Source: Spirochaetota bacterium
GTDB lineage: Bacteria > Spirochaetota > Spirochaetia > SPDA01 > B32-G16
DNA: 61,883 nucleotides
Assembly (NCBI GenBank): GCA_003645645.1
Contig: QNBH01000001.1
Location: forward strand, 1-61,883
Direction: 5' to 3'
Shown in pieces: positions 1 to 8,304 of the stretch (position 1 is the first letter of the stretch; each line of letters begins with the position of its first letter). The position numbers were made by a program, and so were the translations under genes. The notes under the pieces are model-generated. The model did no database searches. It worked only from the letters and a program-made list of their open reading frames with translations, and was not told where the DNA came from.

Positions 1-1
1 C

Positions 2-343
2 ATCAAGGGTTTCCTGTCTAAAAGCGGAGAAATTGACGGGATTTATCTGACCACGGGTAACGGGCCTGTGGGTGTTACTGATGCTTTAAAAGAGTTTGGT
101 TTAGCGGGTAAAAGCAGAATAGTGTGTTTCGATTTCTTTCCCGAGACCGTTAAACTGCTAAAAAGCGGGTTAGTACATGCCACGATCGGCCAGGACCCCT
201 TTAGCCAGGGCTATCAGACGGTTAAGCTCCTCTACGATTACATAATCGACAAAAAAGAACCGATGCAGAAGGTAGTACACACCAGAATAGAAATAGGATT
301 ACGAGAAAACATAGATTTTCTTGTGACTAAAAATCACCCTTAA
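2..343 (+). CDS. C-terminal part of a PBP1 (LacI/RbsB-fold) sugar-binding-domain protein; the 5' end lies outside the window
   Basis: The frame is open from the window edge (IKGFLSKSGEIDGIYLTTGNGPVGVTDALKEF...). HATIGQDPFSQGYQTVKLLYDYI resembles the ligand-binding core of LacI-type regulators and sugar-binding proteins. Confidence 0.5.
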   Translation: MKGFLSKSGEIDGIYLTTGNGPVGVTDALKEFGLAGKSRIVCFDFFPETVKLLKSGLVHATIGQDPFSQGYQTVKLLYDYIIDKKEPMQKVVHTRIEIGLRENIDFLVTKNHP

Positions 344-523
344 ACCTGATAATACCGTAATTAAAAGGAGGTGATGTCCTATGAGATAGAAAACCAATAC
401 GATACAATTTCTTAAATGCATTCGACGGAGGAAAAATATAAAAGCCGGACGAATGCAAAGAACCCGTGGATGAATATATTTTCATCCGATTTTCAAAAAA
501 TAATTAATGGAGGCTTTAAATCA

Positions 524-1573
524 ATGAAAAGTAAATTTTTTGTTCTCTTTCTTATCATTACAATGATAGGGGTGGTATTTGGAGAAGGTAAAGCCGAAAA
601 AGAAACTCGCGTAGAGCAGGCAGCTAAAGAAAAGTACGTGTTCTACTTTCCTTCTCATATCGGAGGAGCCGATCCCAACATGCAGGTGTGGCAGAAGGCA
701 ATCGAGGATTTCCAGGAACTTTTTCCGGTTGAAATAAAATACTTTGCAACAACCGAGTTCAGCATCGAATCCTTTAAGCAGTACATCGAAACATCTATAG
801 CAGCAAAGCCGGACGGTATTATGGTTCCTGTTGTAGACCCAGTGGCAGTTGAAGAGCCTTTACGAAGAGCTATTAAAAACGGTATTCCTGTGATGGCCTT
901 AAATATTCCTGACCCCCGGCCATTTAATGAGAAAATCCCCTATCTGGGTTTTGTTGGTGAAGACAGCATAGCCACAGGCAGGGCATTAGCAAGGAGAGTG
1001 CTTCAGGAGTTCGCTCCAGCAAAACCAAAACATGCTGCGGCTGCTGTAGCCCTTATAGGTCATGTTTCTCTCGAACAGAGAGCACAGGGTTTCATAGAAG
1101 AGATGAAGGCAAACGGAGTAAAGGCGGAAAGAGTTGCTACAGATTTACCCGAAACTCACGCTAAGGAAACAATGACCGCCTATATCATGAAAAATCCCGA
1201 TGTAGATGTAATTTTCTCAACCGCAACTTACAATACTCCATGGATGTGGAGTGTAATGACTCAACTTAATAAGACAAAAGAGATAACGCTCGTCTCTGTA
1301 GATGCAAGTCCCACTTCTCTGGAAGCTGTAGCCCAGTGGGAAAATCCCGATCCAAATGTACCAAAAGCCGTAGCCACCCACTCTCAGAACATGTTCATGC
1401 AAGTATGGTATGCAGCAGAAGCATTATACATCTATAACCGATATGGCATGGAACCACCGTCTATAATCGCAACCGGGCCGATTGTGATCGACAGCAGCAA
1501 CGTAGAAACCTGGCAGATGATCGTAAAAGGGTTCTTCGGGGATAAAGGTTACAATGACAATATACTATGGTAA
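524..1573 (+). CDS. ABC transporter periplasmic substrate-binding protein (PBP type I, sugar-like)
   Basis: The track ORF is 416..1573. I place the start at ATG 524, preceded by GGAGG (509-513) and followed by the signal-like MKSKFFVLFLIITMIGVVFG. The PBP1 fold is suggested by DGIMVPVVDP...IPVMALN. Confidence 0.75.
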   Translation: MKSKFFVLFLIITMIGVVFGEGKAEKETRVEQAAKEKYVFYFPSHIGGADPNMQVWQKAIEDFQELFPVEIKYFATTEFSIESFKQYIETSIAAKPDGIMVPVVDPVAVEEPLRRAIKNGIPVMALNIPDPRPFNEKIPYLGFVGEDSIATGRALARRVLQEFAPAKPKHAAAAVALIGHVSLEQRAQGFIEEMKANGVKAERVATDLPETHAKETMTAYIMKNPDVDVIFSTATYNTPWMWSVMTQLNKTKEITLVSVDASPTSLEAVAQWENPDPNVPKAVATHSQNMFMQVWYAAEALYIYNRYGMEPPSIIATGPIVIDSSNVETWQMIVKGFFGDKGYNDNILW

Positions 1574-1599
1574 TATGTTGATATTGGATTGACCAAGTG

Positions 1600-1783
1600 T
1601 TTACTACGAAAGAAAGCCACAACCTATGGTGGTGGTCCACCGGTCGGAAGACCGGTGGAGAGACGGGCTTAAGCCCGTCTACTTTCTTTCAGAGTATACA
1701 ACCACCTAAGTAATTTCTGCAAAGCAGAAATTACTTAGCCCTTGCAGGGCTTGCAAAGCCTTAGGCTTTGCCGGTGGTTGTTT
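1600..1783 (+). repeat. Copy 1 of a roughly 185-nt structured intergenic element made of two tandem four-way-junction-like domains
   Basis: Closing helix GAAAGAAAG (1608-1616) pairs with CTTTCTTTC (1682-1690) and encloses three hairpins. Second closing helix ACAACCACC (1698-1706) pairs with GGTGGTTGT (1773-1781) and encloses a 14-bp hairpin (1707-1737), GCCC/GGGC, and GCAAAGCC/GGCTTTGC. A near-identical second copy lies at 8044-8231. Confidence 0.8.
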
Positions 1784-1828
1784 ACAGTCTCGGTCTGGAT
1801 GTTTCCGGCTCCTGATCGAGACTGTTTT
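1784..1828 (+). other. Intercistronic stem-loop followed by a T-run, between the SBP and permease genes
   Basis: ACAGTCTCG (1784-1792) pairs with CGAGACTGT (1817-1825), followed by TTTT. The loop is 24 nt, so this is not a canonical intrinsic terminator. It may be an attenuating or mRNA-stabilising structure. Confidence 0.3.
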
Positions 1829-1856
1829 AATCAATTTTATCAAGAGGCTTGTAAAC

Positions 1857-2834
1857 ATGCTTAAGTATTTGAGTAAGTTTTTATGGTTAGGTGCAATTGT
1901 CGGTATCTTGTTGTTAATTATCATATTCGGGGTTGCTTCCGGGGGGAGATGGCTTAATGTTTTGAATCTCCAGGTGGTTACAAGAACAGCGGCACAACTG
2001 GGGATCGTGGCAATCGGACAGACTCTGGTTTTGATTACCGGCAGGTTTGATCTTTCTGTGGGGTCGATCTTCGGAGTCTGTGGAGTTGTTTTTGTTCCTC
2101 TGGTTGCTGCATTCGGTATATGGCCCGGATTCATTCTGGCCCTACTTTGCGGCGGTGCCATTGGGCTGCTTAACGGTACATTGACAGAAAAATTGCGAGT
2201 ACCTTCTTTAATTGCCACACTCGGTAATTTATGGATTTTCAGAGGTCTTGTTTTCTACATCACCGGAGGGTTTGCCAATGCCATCCCCAGGGATTTAAGA
2301 GATCATTACCTTATTACTATTCTGGGAGGTAAGTTTGCCGGAGGCTGGAATAATTTGATTTTCTGGTGGATTATAATAACTGCTGTTATGATTCTGGTTT
2401 TAAACCGCACAAAATTCGGTAATGCAGCCTTTGCAGTTGGGACGGATGAGAGAAGTGCCCTTTCCAGAGGAGTCTCTCCTGCAACTGTAAGAATGGCGGC
2501 ATTTATTATCTGCGGCTTCCTTGCAGCTTTTTCCGGAATCGGTACTGTTGCTGATATGAAAACAGGCTCCACCACCCTCGGGCAGAGTATGGAGCTGGAA
2601 AGTATAGCCGGATCGGTAATTGGCGGCACTTCGCTCCTTGGTGGTGTAGGTTCTATCTTTGGAGCAGGATTGGGTGCTTTGTTACTCTCTTTCATCAGAA
2701 GCGGATTGATTCTCGCAGGAGCTCCTCCATACTGGTTTGTAAGCTTCGTGGGTGTTGTCCTTATAGGGGCTGTGCTGTTTAATACAAAGATGAGAGAACA
2801 TATATTGAAAAGAATAGAGAGGTCAGCCTTATGA
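1857..2834 (+). CDS. ABC transporter permease (RbsC/branched-sugar type)
   Basis: 325 aa, multi-pass hydrophobic. Motifs include TAAQLGIVAIGQTLVLITGRFDLSVGS and GGTSLLGGVGSIFGAGLGALLL, typical of the BPD_transp_2 family. Confidence 0.85.
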   Translation: MLKYLSKFLWLGAIVGILLLIIIFGVASGGRWLNVLNLQVVTRTAAQLGIVAIGQTLVLITGRFDLSVGSIFGVCGVVFVPLVAAFGIWPGFILALLCGGAIGLLNGTLTEKLRVPSLIATLGNLWIFRGLVFYITGGFANAIPRDLRDHYLITILGGKFAGGWNNLIFWWIIITAVMILVLNRTKFGNAAFAVGTDERSALSRGVSPATVRMAAFIICGFLAAFSGIGTVADMKTGSTTLGQSMELESIAGSVIGGTSLLGGVGSIFGAGLGALLLSFIRSGLILAGAPPYWFVSFVGVVLIGAVLFNTKMREHILKRIERSAL

Positions 2835-3625
2835 GTAATAAAGGTAATGATAAACCATTGGTTAAAATGGTCGATATAGAGAAAAGGTTCGGCTCCGTAC
2901 AGGCGCTGAAGGGGGTGGATTTTGAGGTATATCCCGGAGAGGTTGTTGGTCTGGTGGGAGACAACGGAGCGGGGAAATCCACTCTGATGAGAATCCTTAC
3001 CGGTATTTACCATCCAAGCAGGGGAGATATTTACTTCCGTGGGGAAAAGGTTTTAATCGACTCTCCCAAGAAAGCCAGAGATATGGGTATCGAGGTAGTT
3101 CACCAGGGGTTTGGCTTGCTCGATTCAATGACGGTAGCCAGAAATGTATTTCTCGCCTCAGAACCTTTGATTAAAGTGGGCCCTGTTAAGTTGCTGGATA
3201 TGGAAAAGATGAACATGGAAACCAGAAAGGTGATAGAACATGCCGGTATCAGAACAGGGGTCGAACCCGATTCAATAGTCCAGTATCTTTCCGGTGGACA
3301 GAGGCAGGCTGTTAAAATCGGAAGAGCGATATATTTTAAAGCTGAAGTAGTCATTCTTGACGAACCGACGATAGCCCTCTCTATCCGAGAAAAAGATCAC
3401 GTTGGTGAGCTGGTTAATGATTTAAGAAAGCATAATGTAGCGGTAATTTATATTTCACATGATTTAGAGGAAGTATACGAGTTAGCCGACAAAATTACCA
3501 TTCTGGATGTTGGGGAAAAACTGGCAGAATATAAGAGAGGTGAAGTTTCGCTCGAGGTTCTATACGATATTATTCGCGAAGGAAGAATCCCCCCGGATAT
3601 CAAACAGCAAAATAAAAAGGAATGA
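2831..3625 (+). CDS. ABC transporter ATP-binding protein (single NBD)
   Basis: Walker A GDNGAGKST, signature LSGGQRQ, Walker B VVILDEPT. The start overlaps the permease stop (ATGA). Confidence 0.9.
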   Translation: MSNKGNDKPLVKMVDIEKRFGSVQALKGVDFEVYPGEVVGLVGDNGAGKSTLMRILTGIYHPSRGDIYFRGEKVLIDSPKKARDMGIEVVHQGFGLLDSMTVARNVFLASEPLIKVGPVKLLDMEKMNMETRKVIEHAGIRTGVEPDSIVQYLSGGQRQAVKIGRAIYFKAEVVILDEPTIALSIREKDHVGELVNDLRKHNVAVIYISHDLEEVYELADKITILDVGEKLAEYKRGEVSLEVLYDIIREGRIPPDIKQQNKKE

Positions 3626-4902
3626 ATGTTATGACATCCAGAGAAAGAGTAAATGTTGCTCTGGAGCATAAAGTGCCCGATAAGGTTCCCCTCGATTTGG
3701 GGGGCAGTACGGTTACTGGTATGCATGTAAGTTCCGTATATAAATTACGGCAGGCTCTGGGACTTGACCCACCCCGGACACCAGTTAAAGTTATAGAGCC
3801 ATATCAGATGCTGGGAGAGATAGGGCTTGACCTGGTTGAAGCTCTTCATGTAGATGTAGCAGGCATCTTTCCTCTAAAAACGATATTCGGATTTAAAAAC
3901 GAAGGATGGAAAGAATGGACTCTGTTTGATGGTACTCCAGTTCTGGTTCCCGAGAAATTCAACACGATTCCGGATGAAAATGAAGACATTCTAATGTATC
4001 CTGAAGGCGATACTTGCGTTCCCCCCAGCGCCCGGATGCCAAAGGGTGGTTATTATTTTGATTCTATCATAAGACAGATACCTATCGACGAAACCAATCT
4101 AAATCCAAAAGATAATATGGAAGAGTTTGTTCTTTTATCCGATAAAGAACTTAAACATTACAAAGATCGCTCCGATGAGCTGTACAACAACACCGACAAG
4201 GCTATCCTCATAAACTTCGGAGGATTGAGTTTCGGGGATATTGCCAACGTCCCCGCTCCATGGCTTAAAAACCCAAAAGGAATAAGGGATATAGAAGAGT
4301 GGTATATAAGCCTTATAATGCGAAAAGATTACATAAAAGAGGTTTTCGAGTATCAATGTGATATCGGTTTGGCTAACCTGAAAAAACTCCACGAAGTTGT
4401 AGGAGATAAGATTTCTATAATTTACATATCTGGAACAGACTTTGGAATGCAGACAGGTCCTTTTTTATCAGTGGAAACTTACTGTGAATTGTTTAAACCC
4501 TACCACAAAAAGATAAACGAATGGATTCACAGTAACACAAACTGGTACACCTTTATCCACTCCTGTGGTTCAATAGTACAAATAATACCTGAAATAATAG
4601 ATGCAGGATTCGATATCTTAAATCCTGTACAGATATCCGCTGCAAAAATGGATCCCCACACACTTAAAGAGAGCTTCGGAGACTGCATTACCTTCTGGGG
4701 AGGAGGAATAGATACTCAGAAAACCCTTCCCTTTGGCAACGTTGATGAAGTCAGAAAGCAGGTTAAAGAAATGGTTAGAATATTCGGTAAGGGTGGAGGA
4801 TTCGTATTTAATTCTGTTCATAATATACAGGCGAATGTCCCTATAGAGAATCTTATAGCATTATACGAGGCTTTTGAACAATCCCGTTCTTATAGAAATT
4901 AA
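3622..4902 (+). CDS. UroD-fold / MT2 (MtaA-CmuA-like) methyltransferase-family protein, paralog 1
   Basis: HSCGS motif (FIHSCGSIVQIIPEIIDAGFDILNPVQ) and ...FWGGGIDTQ...GGGFVFNSVHNIQANVP. An alternative start is ATG 3631 (MTSRERV), which parallels paralog 2 (MTSKERV). Confidence 0.7.
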   Translation: MNVMTSRERVNVALEHKVPDKVPLDLGGSTVTGMHVSSVYKLRQALGLDPPRTPVKVIEPYQMLGEIGLDLVEALHVDVAGIFPLKTIFGFKNEGWKEWTLFDGTPVLVPEKFNTIPDENEDILMYPEGDTCVPPSARMPKGGYYFDSIIRQIPIDETNLNPKDNMEEFVLLSDKELKHYKDRSDELYNNTDKAILINFGGLSFGDIANVPAPWLKNPKGIRDIEEWYISLIMRKDYIKEVFEYQCDIGLANLKKLHEVVGDKISIIYISGTDFGMQTGPFLSVETYCELFKPYHKKINEWIHSNTNWYTFIHSCGSIVQIIPEIIDAGFDILNPVQISAAKMDPHTLKESFGDCITFWGGGIDTQKTLPFGNVDEVRKQVKEMVRIFGKGGGFVFNSVHNIQANVPIENLIALYEAFEQSRSYRN

Positions 4903-4918
4903 AAAGCAGGAGTTTTTA

Positions 4919-6019
4919 ATGACATCAAAAGAAAGGGTAATTGAGGCTATAAATCTTCGTGAGCCGGATACTGTTCCTGTATTTATAACTATTACACCGC
5001 AAGTAGCGGAAGAATTAAGTAAACATCTGGGAATAAAGGAATATACTATTGCAGATTCACCTCTTTCACAAAATCGAATTTCCTTTCACGAACTAATGAT
5101 CAAACTTGGAAACGACATTGTGGGAATAGGTGCCTGTTCTCCCAATAATGAGCCGACCAGAGAAATAGATAAAGGAATTTTTCGAAACGAATGGAAAGTT
5201 AAATACAGAAAAATTGGTTATTATATGGAGATGATTGAGCATCCCCTTTCCCATGCGGAGACTGCAGCAGATATAGAGAATTTCCATTTCCCGGAGCCGA
5301 AAGCCGATGGACGTTTCACTCTGGCAAAACAAGTAGCAGAGAAATACGGAAGCAAATACGCTATCTGTGGGGATCTGGAGTGCACGGTATTCGAGACAAG
5401 CTGGTATTTAACAGGAATGGAGAAGTTTCTAATGGATCTGTTCATGGAGAAAGAGTATGTTTTTACTCTCATGGATAGAGTGATGGAGTATAGTATCGGG
5501 GCAGGACTGGAACTGGTAAGGCTCGGTTCCGATATAATATGGGTTGGAGATGATATGGGAACACAGCATGGAATGCTGATATCTCCTGAAATGTGGAGAA
5601 AGCACCTCAAGGGAAGGTTAAAAAATGTTATCGCTGAATTAAAGAAGGAAAACCCTGACATTAAAATAGCTTACCATTCGTGTGGTTCCTATTTTCCTAT
5701 TATCCCGGAATTGATAGAAATCGGGGTTGATATACTCAACGCTTTACAACCAAGGGCGAAAGATATGGAATTGGCTAGACTTAAAGGAATGTTTGGTAAC
5801 AGGGCTTCCTTTTTCGGGGGGATGGATATCCAGGATATAATTCCTTTCGGAACCATGGAGGAAATTGAAAAAGAGGTAAAACGTGTTATACATACTGCGG
5901 CAAAGGGAGGGGGGTACATTCTTGCCGGTGCCCATAATATACAACCGGATACTTCCGTAGAGAAGCTTATGAAAATATTTGAGGTTGCAAAAAGTTATGG
6001 CAAATATCCCATTGCATGA
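4919..6019 (+). CDS. UroD-fold / MT2 methyltransferase-family protein, paralog 2
   Basis: The track ORF is 4874..6019. I choose ATG 4919 after AGGAG (4908-4912). Motifs include YHSCGSYFPIIPELIEIGVDILNALQ and GGGYILAGAHNIQPDT. Confidence 0.7.
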   Translation: MTSKERVIEAINLREPDTVPVFITITPQVAEELSKHLGIKEYTIADSPLSQNRISFHELMIKLGNDIVGIGACSPNNEPTREIDKGIFRNEWKVKYRKIGYYMEMIEHPLSHAETAADIENFHFPEPKADGRFTLAKQVAEKYGSKYAICGDLECTVFETSWYLTGMEKFLMDLFMEKEYVFTLMDRVMEYSIGAGLELVRLGSDIIWVGDDMGTQHGMLISPEMWRKHLKGRLKNVIAELKKENPDIKIAYHSCGSYFPIIPELIEIGVDILNALQPRAKDMELARLKGMFGNRASFFGGMDIQDIIPFGTMEEIEKEVKRVIHTAAKGGGYILAGAHNIQPDTSVEKLMKIFEVAKSYGKYPIA

Positions 6020-6145
6020 AAGTTATCCACTTCTTTCCCTTAAAATCTGTAAAAACACCAGATCAACTATCCGGCGCCTTCTGCTTTCCCGGGCTTCATG
6101 AAACCATGTTTTTTGCAAGTTTTTTTCTTAAAACGTGATATATTT

Positions 6146-6634
6146 ATGATTAATATGAAAGAGAAGTTAAAAGAGTTTAAGGTAAAAGGTATTGCTCTGG
6201 ATGAAGACTCACAGATGCCCTTTATAATTCTTCAGGATGTGAGAAGAGAGAATGTTCTGCCAATAGACATAGGCCCCTTCGAAGCCAGTGCAATAATCGT
6301 AGAGATGGAAGGGGTTCATGTTCCCATGCCACTTACCCACGACCTTATATCACAGTTCTTCAAACGCCATAAGTTTCATTTAAAGTATGTAGAGATTTAC
6401 GGAGTGGCCAATAATTCATACCTTGCCAGGTTGCACTATAAAAGAGGCATCAATTCTTACACAATGGAAGTACGACCAAGCGATGGGATTGCACTGGCCA
6501 TACGGCTGGGTTCACCCATATATATTCAGAACTGGATAATACAAAAAATGTTAAACGAACCATACATTCTGGAGAGGGTCGATTCCAAATCCCACGAAAT
6601 TCTCTATCTGGGTGCACAGAGCACAAGTTTATAA
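6146..6634 (+). CDS. Bifunctional nuclease (BFN/DUF151) domain protein
   Basis: The sequence PFIILQDVRRENVLPIDIGPFEASAIIVEMEGVHVPMPLTHDL is the typical BFN-domain core. The start is ambiguous (6098, 6146 or 6155). Confidence 0.6.
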   Translation: MINMKEKLKEFKVKGIALDEDSQMPFIILQDVRRENVLPIDIGPFEASAIIVEMEGVHVPMPLTHDLISQFFKRHKFHLKYVEIYGVANNSYLARLHYKRGINSYTMEVRPSDGIALAIRLGSPIYIQNWIIQKMLNEPYILERVDSKSHEILYLGAQSTSL

Positions 6635-6639
6635 AAAAG

Positions 6640-8010
6640 TTATAATATTTTTTTTACCAGCGAAAACCTGTCTCTGTAAGGAGGGTATCTTAAGTTTACT
6701 TCCCATCTTCCGTATCTCTTAATTACGGAACGCCTATATGAGAATGTATCGAAGGTTGCCTTCCCATGGTAACGACCCATCCCACTTTCTCCTACTCCGC
6801 CGAAAGGTAGATTTATATTATCAAAGTGGATCAAAGTATCATTCATACATCCACCCCCCGAGCTGGTAAGCTTAAGTACCGTTTCCTGTTTCTCTTTATT
6901 TCGGGAGAAAAAATAGAGAGACAACGGAGCAGGTAAAGAGTTTATAAAAGAGATCGCCTCCTCAATGGAATCGTATTCGCTAATGGGAAGAATCGGGCCG
7001 AAGATCTCCTCTTTCATAATTTTATCTTCCGGCCGTACATCTTCTATAAGTGTAGGCTCTATAAAGAGCTCTTCTCTGTTAACTCTGCCGCCATATATAA
7101 TTTTACCGTTTTCCAGGAAAGAGCAGAGCCTGTCAAAATGCCTTTCATCAACAATTCTACCGTAATCTGGACTATTTTCGGGCAATTCTCCGAAAAATGT
7201 AACAATGCTTTTTTTCAAGCCTTCTATGAGCTCCCCTTTTACGGCTCTATCAACAAGGATGTAATCAGGCGCTATGCAGGTCTGTCCTGCATTGATAAAC
7301 TTTCCCCAGACAATTCTCCTGCTTGCAGATGTAATATCCGCTTCATTATCGACAATACAGGGACTCTTCCCGCCCAACTCCAGGGTAACTGGAGTAAAAT
7401 GCTCTACCGCCTTTTCCATCACCCTTTTACCTGCCTCCTTTCCTCCTGTGAAGAATATATAATCGAACTTCTCATCCAAAATATTCTTCTTAACTTCCTC
7501 GCTTGGCTCGAGAAAACACACATGTTCCGGCTTAAAAGCCTCTTCCGCTATCATCTTCATAATCCGGGAAGTTTCAGGCACAGAACCAGACGGTTTCAGA
7601 ACAACACAGTTACCTGCAGAAATCGCCCCGATAAGGGGAATGAATGACAGATTGAAGGGGTAGTTCCACGGGGAAATCAGAAGAACGACACCGTAAGGCA
7701 TGGAATAGATAAAACTCTTAGAGAAGACATGGATAAGGGGGGTTTTTGCTTTTTCTGGTTTTACCCACCTCGGAAGATTTTTAATATGAAAGTTGAGTTC
7801 TTTTTTAAACTGGTATATCTCTGTAACATAGCCCTCGAAGGGAGATTTACCCAATTCGCTCTTAAATGCATCTAAAAGTGCATCCTCTCTATCTTTTACT
7901 ACTTTTTTCAGTTGCTTTAAACTATTGAGACGAAAGGAGAGTTCAAGTGTTTTCCCACTCTTAAAAAATTTTCTCTGATCCCTTACAACATCCGATAAGT
8001 TGATGTTCAT
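6640..8010 (-). CDS. Aldehyde dehydrogenase, ALDH3 (fatty/aromatic aldehyde dehydrogenase) family
   Basis: ELGGKSPCIVD, GQTCIAPDYILV and EEIFGPILPI...FGGVGESGMGRYHGK are closely colinear with class-3 ALDHs. The start is set at ATG 8010 (MNINLSD, GAGGGG upstream). The track extension to 8109 runs into the repeat element. Confidence 0.85.
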   Translation of the reverse strand: MNINLSDVVRDQRKFFKSGKTLELSFRLNSLKQLKKVVKDREDALLDAFKSELGKSPFEGYVTEIYQFKKELNFHIKNLPRWVKPEKAKTPLIHVFSKSFIYSMPYGVVLLISPWNYPFNLSFIPLIGAISAGNCVVLKPSGSVPETSRIMKMIAEEAFKPEHVCFLEPSEEVKKNILDEKFDYIFFTGGKEAGKRVMEKAVEHFTPVTLELGGKSPCIVDNEADITSASRRIVWGKFINAGQTCIAPDYILVDRAVKGELIEGLKKSIVTFFGELPENSPDYGRIVDERHFDRLCSFLENGKIIYGGRVNREELFIEPTLIEDVRPEDKIMKEEIFGPILPISEYDSIEEAISFINSLPAPLSLYFFSRNKEKQETVLKLTSSGGGCMNDTLIHFDNINLPFGGVGESGMGRYHGKATFDTFSYRRSVIKRYGRWEVNLRYPPYRDRFSLVKKIL

Positions 8011-8043
8011 AGTTATGCCCCTCAGACGAGGACTTATTTTTAC

Positions 8044-8231
8044 TTTACTACGAAAGAAAGCTTTGTACCTATGGCGGTTGTCCTTAAGTCTTCTAGCTGG
8101 GGGACACACTTCAGGCTATGCCCGCTGGCTTTCTTTCGGAACAAACAACCACCTAAGTAGTTTCCGCTTAAGCGGAAACTACTTAGCCCTTACAGGGCTC
8201 GCAAAGCCTTAGGCTTTGCCGGTGGTTGTTT
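8044..8231 (+). repeat. Copy 2 of the structured intergenic element
   Basis: Same orientation and the same closing helices (8052-8061 with 8128-8137; 8145-8153 with 8221-8229). The long hairpin at 8154-8185 carries two compensatory pair changes relative to copy 1. Confidence 0.8.
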
Positions 8232-8233
8232 GC

Positions 8234-8262
8234 TTGAGATACAATTTCTCCTGATATATAAT
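8234..8262 (+). promoter_or_regulatory. Candidate sigma70-type promoter for the FGGY kinase operon
   Basis: TTGAGA (8234-8239), a 17-nt spacer, then a perfect TATAAT (8257-8262), 43 nt upstream of ATG 8305. Confidence 0.4.
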
Positions 8263-8304
8263 GTTATCTGACAATTAAGTCAATGAGCTTTATAGGTAAA
8301 ACAG

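Noticed and set aside
344-523. A strong SD-like AAGGAGGTG lies at 365-373 without a credible ORF (only a 13-codon ATG frame with 2-nt spacing), and a hairpin lies at 417-457 upstream of the SBP gene.
   Set aside because: The spacing is wrong for initiation, and the hairpin has a 16-nt loop with bulges. Neither can be separated from chance without conservation data.
1706-3013. Long minus-strand ORFs (1706..2218, 2306..3013, 2779..2982) lie opposite the ABC permease and ATPase genes.
   Set aside because: Their composition is low-complexity and P/S/T/I-rich, they have no recognisable motifs, and they lie fully antisense to well-supported genes. They are shadow ORFs.
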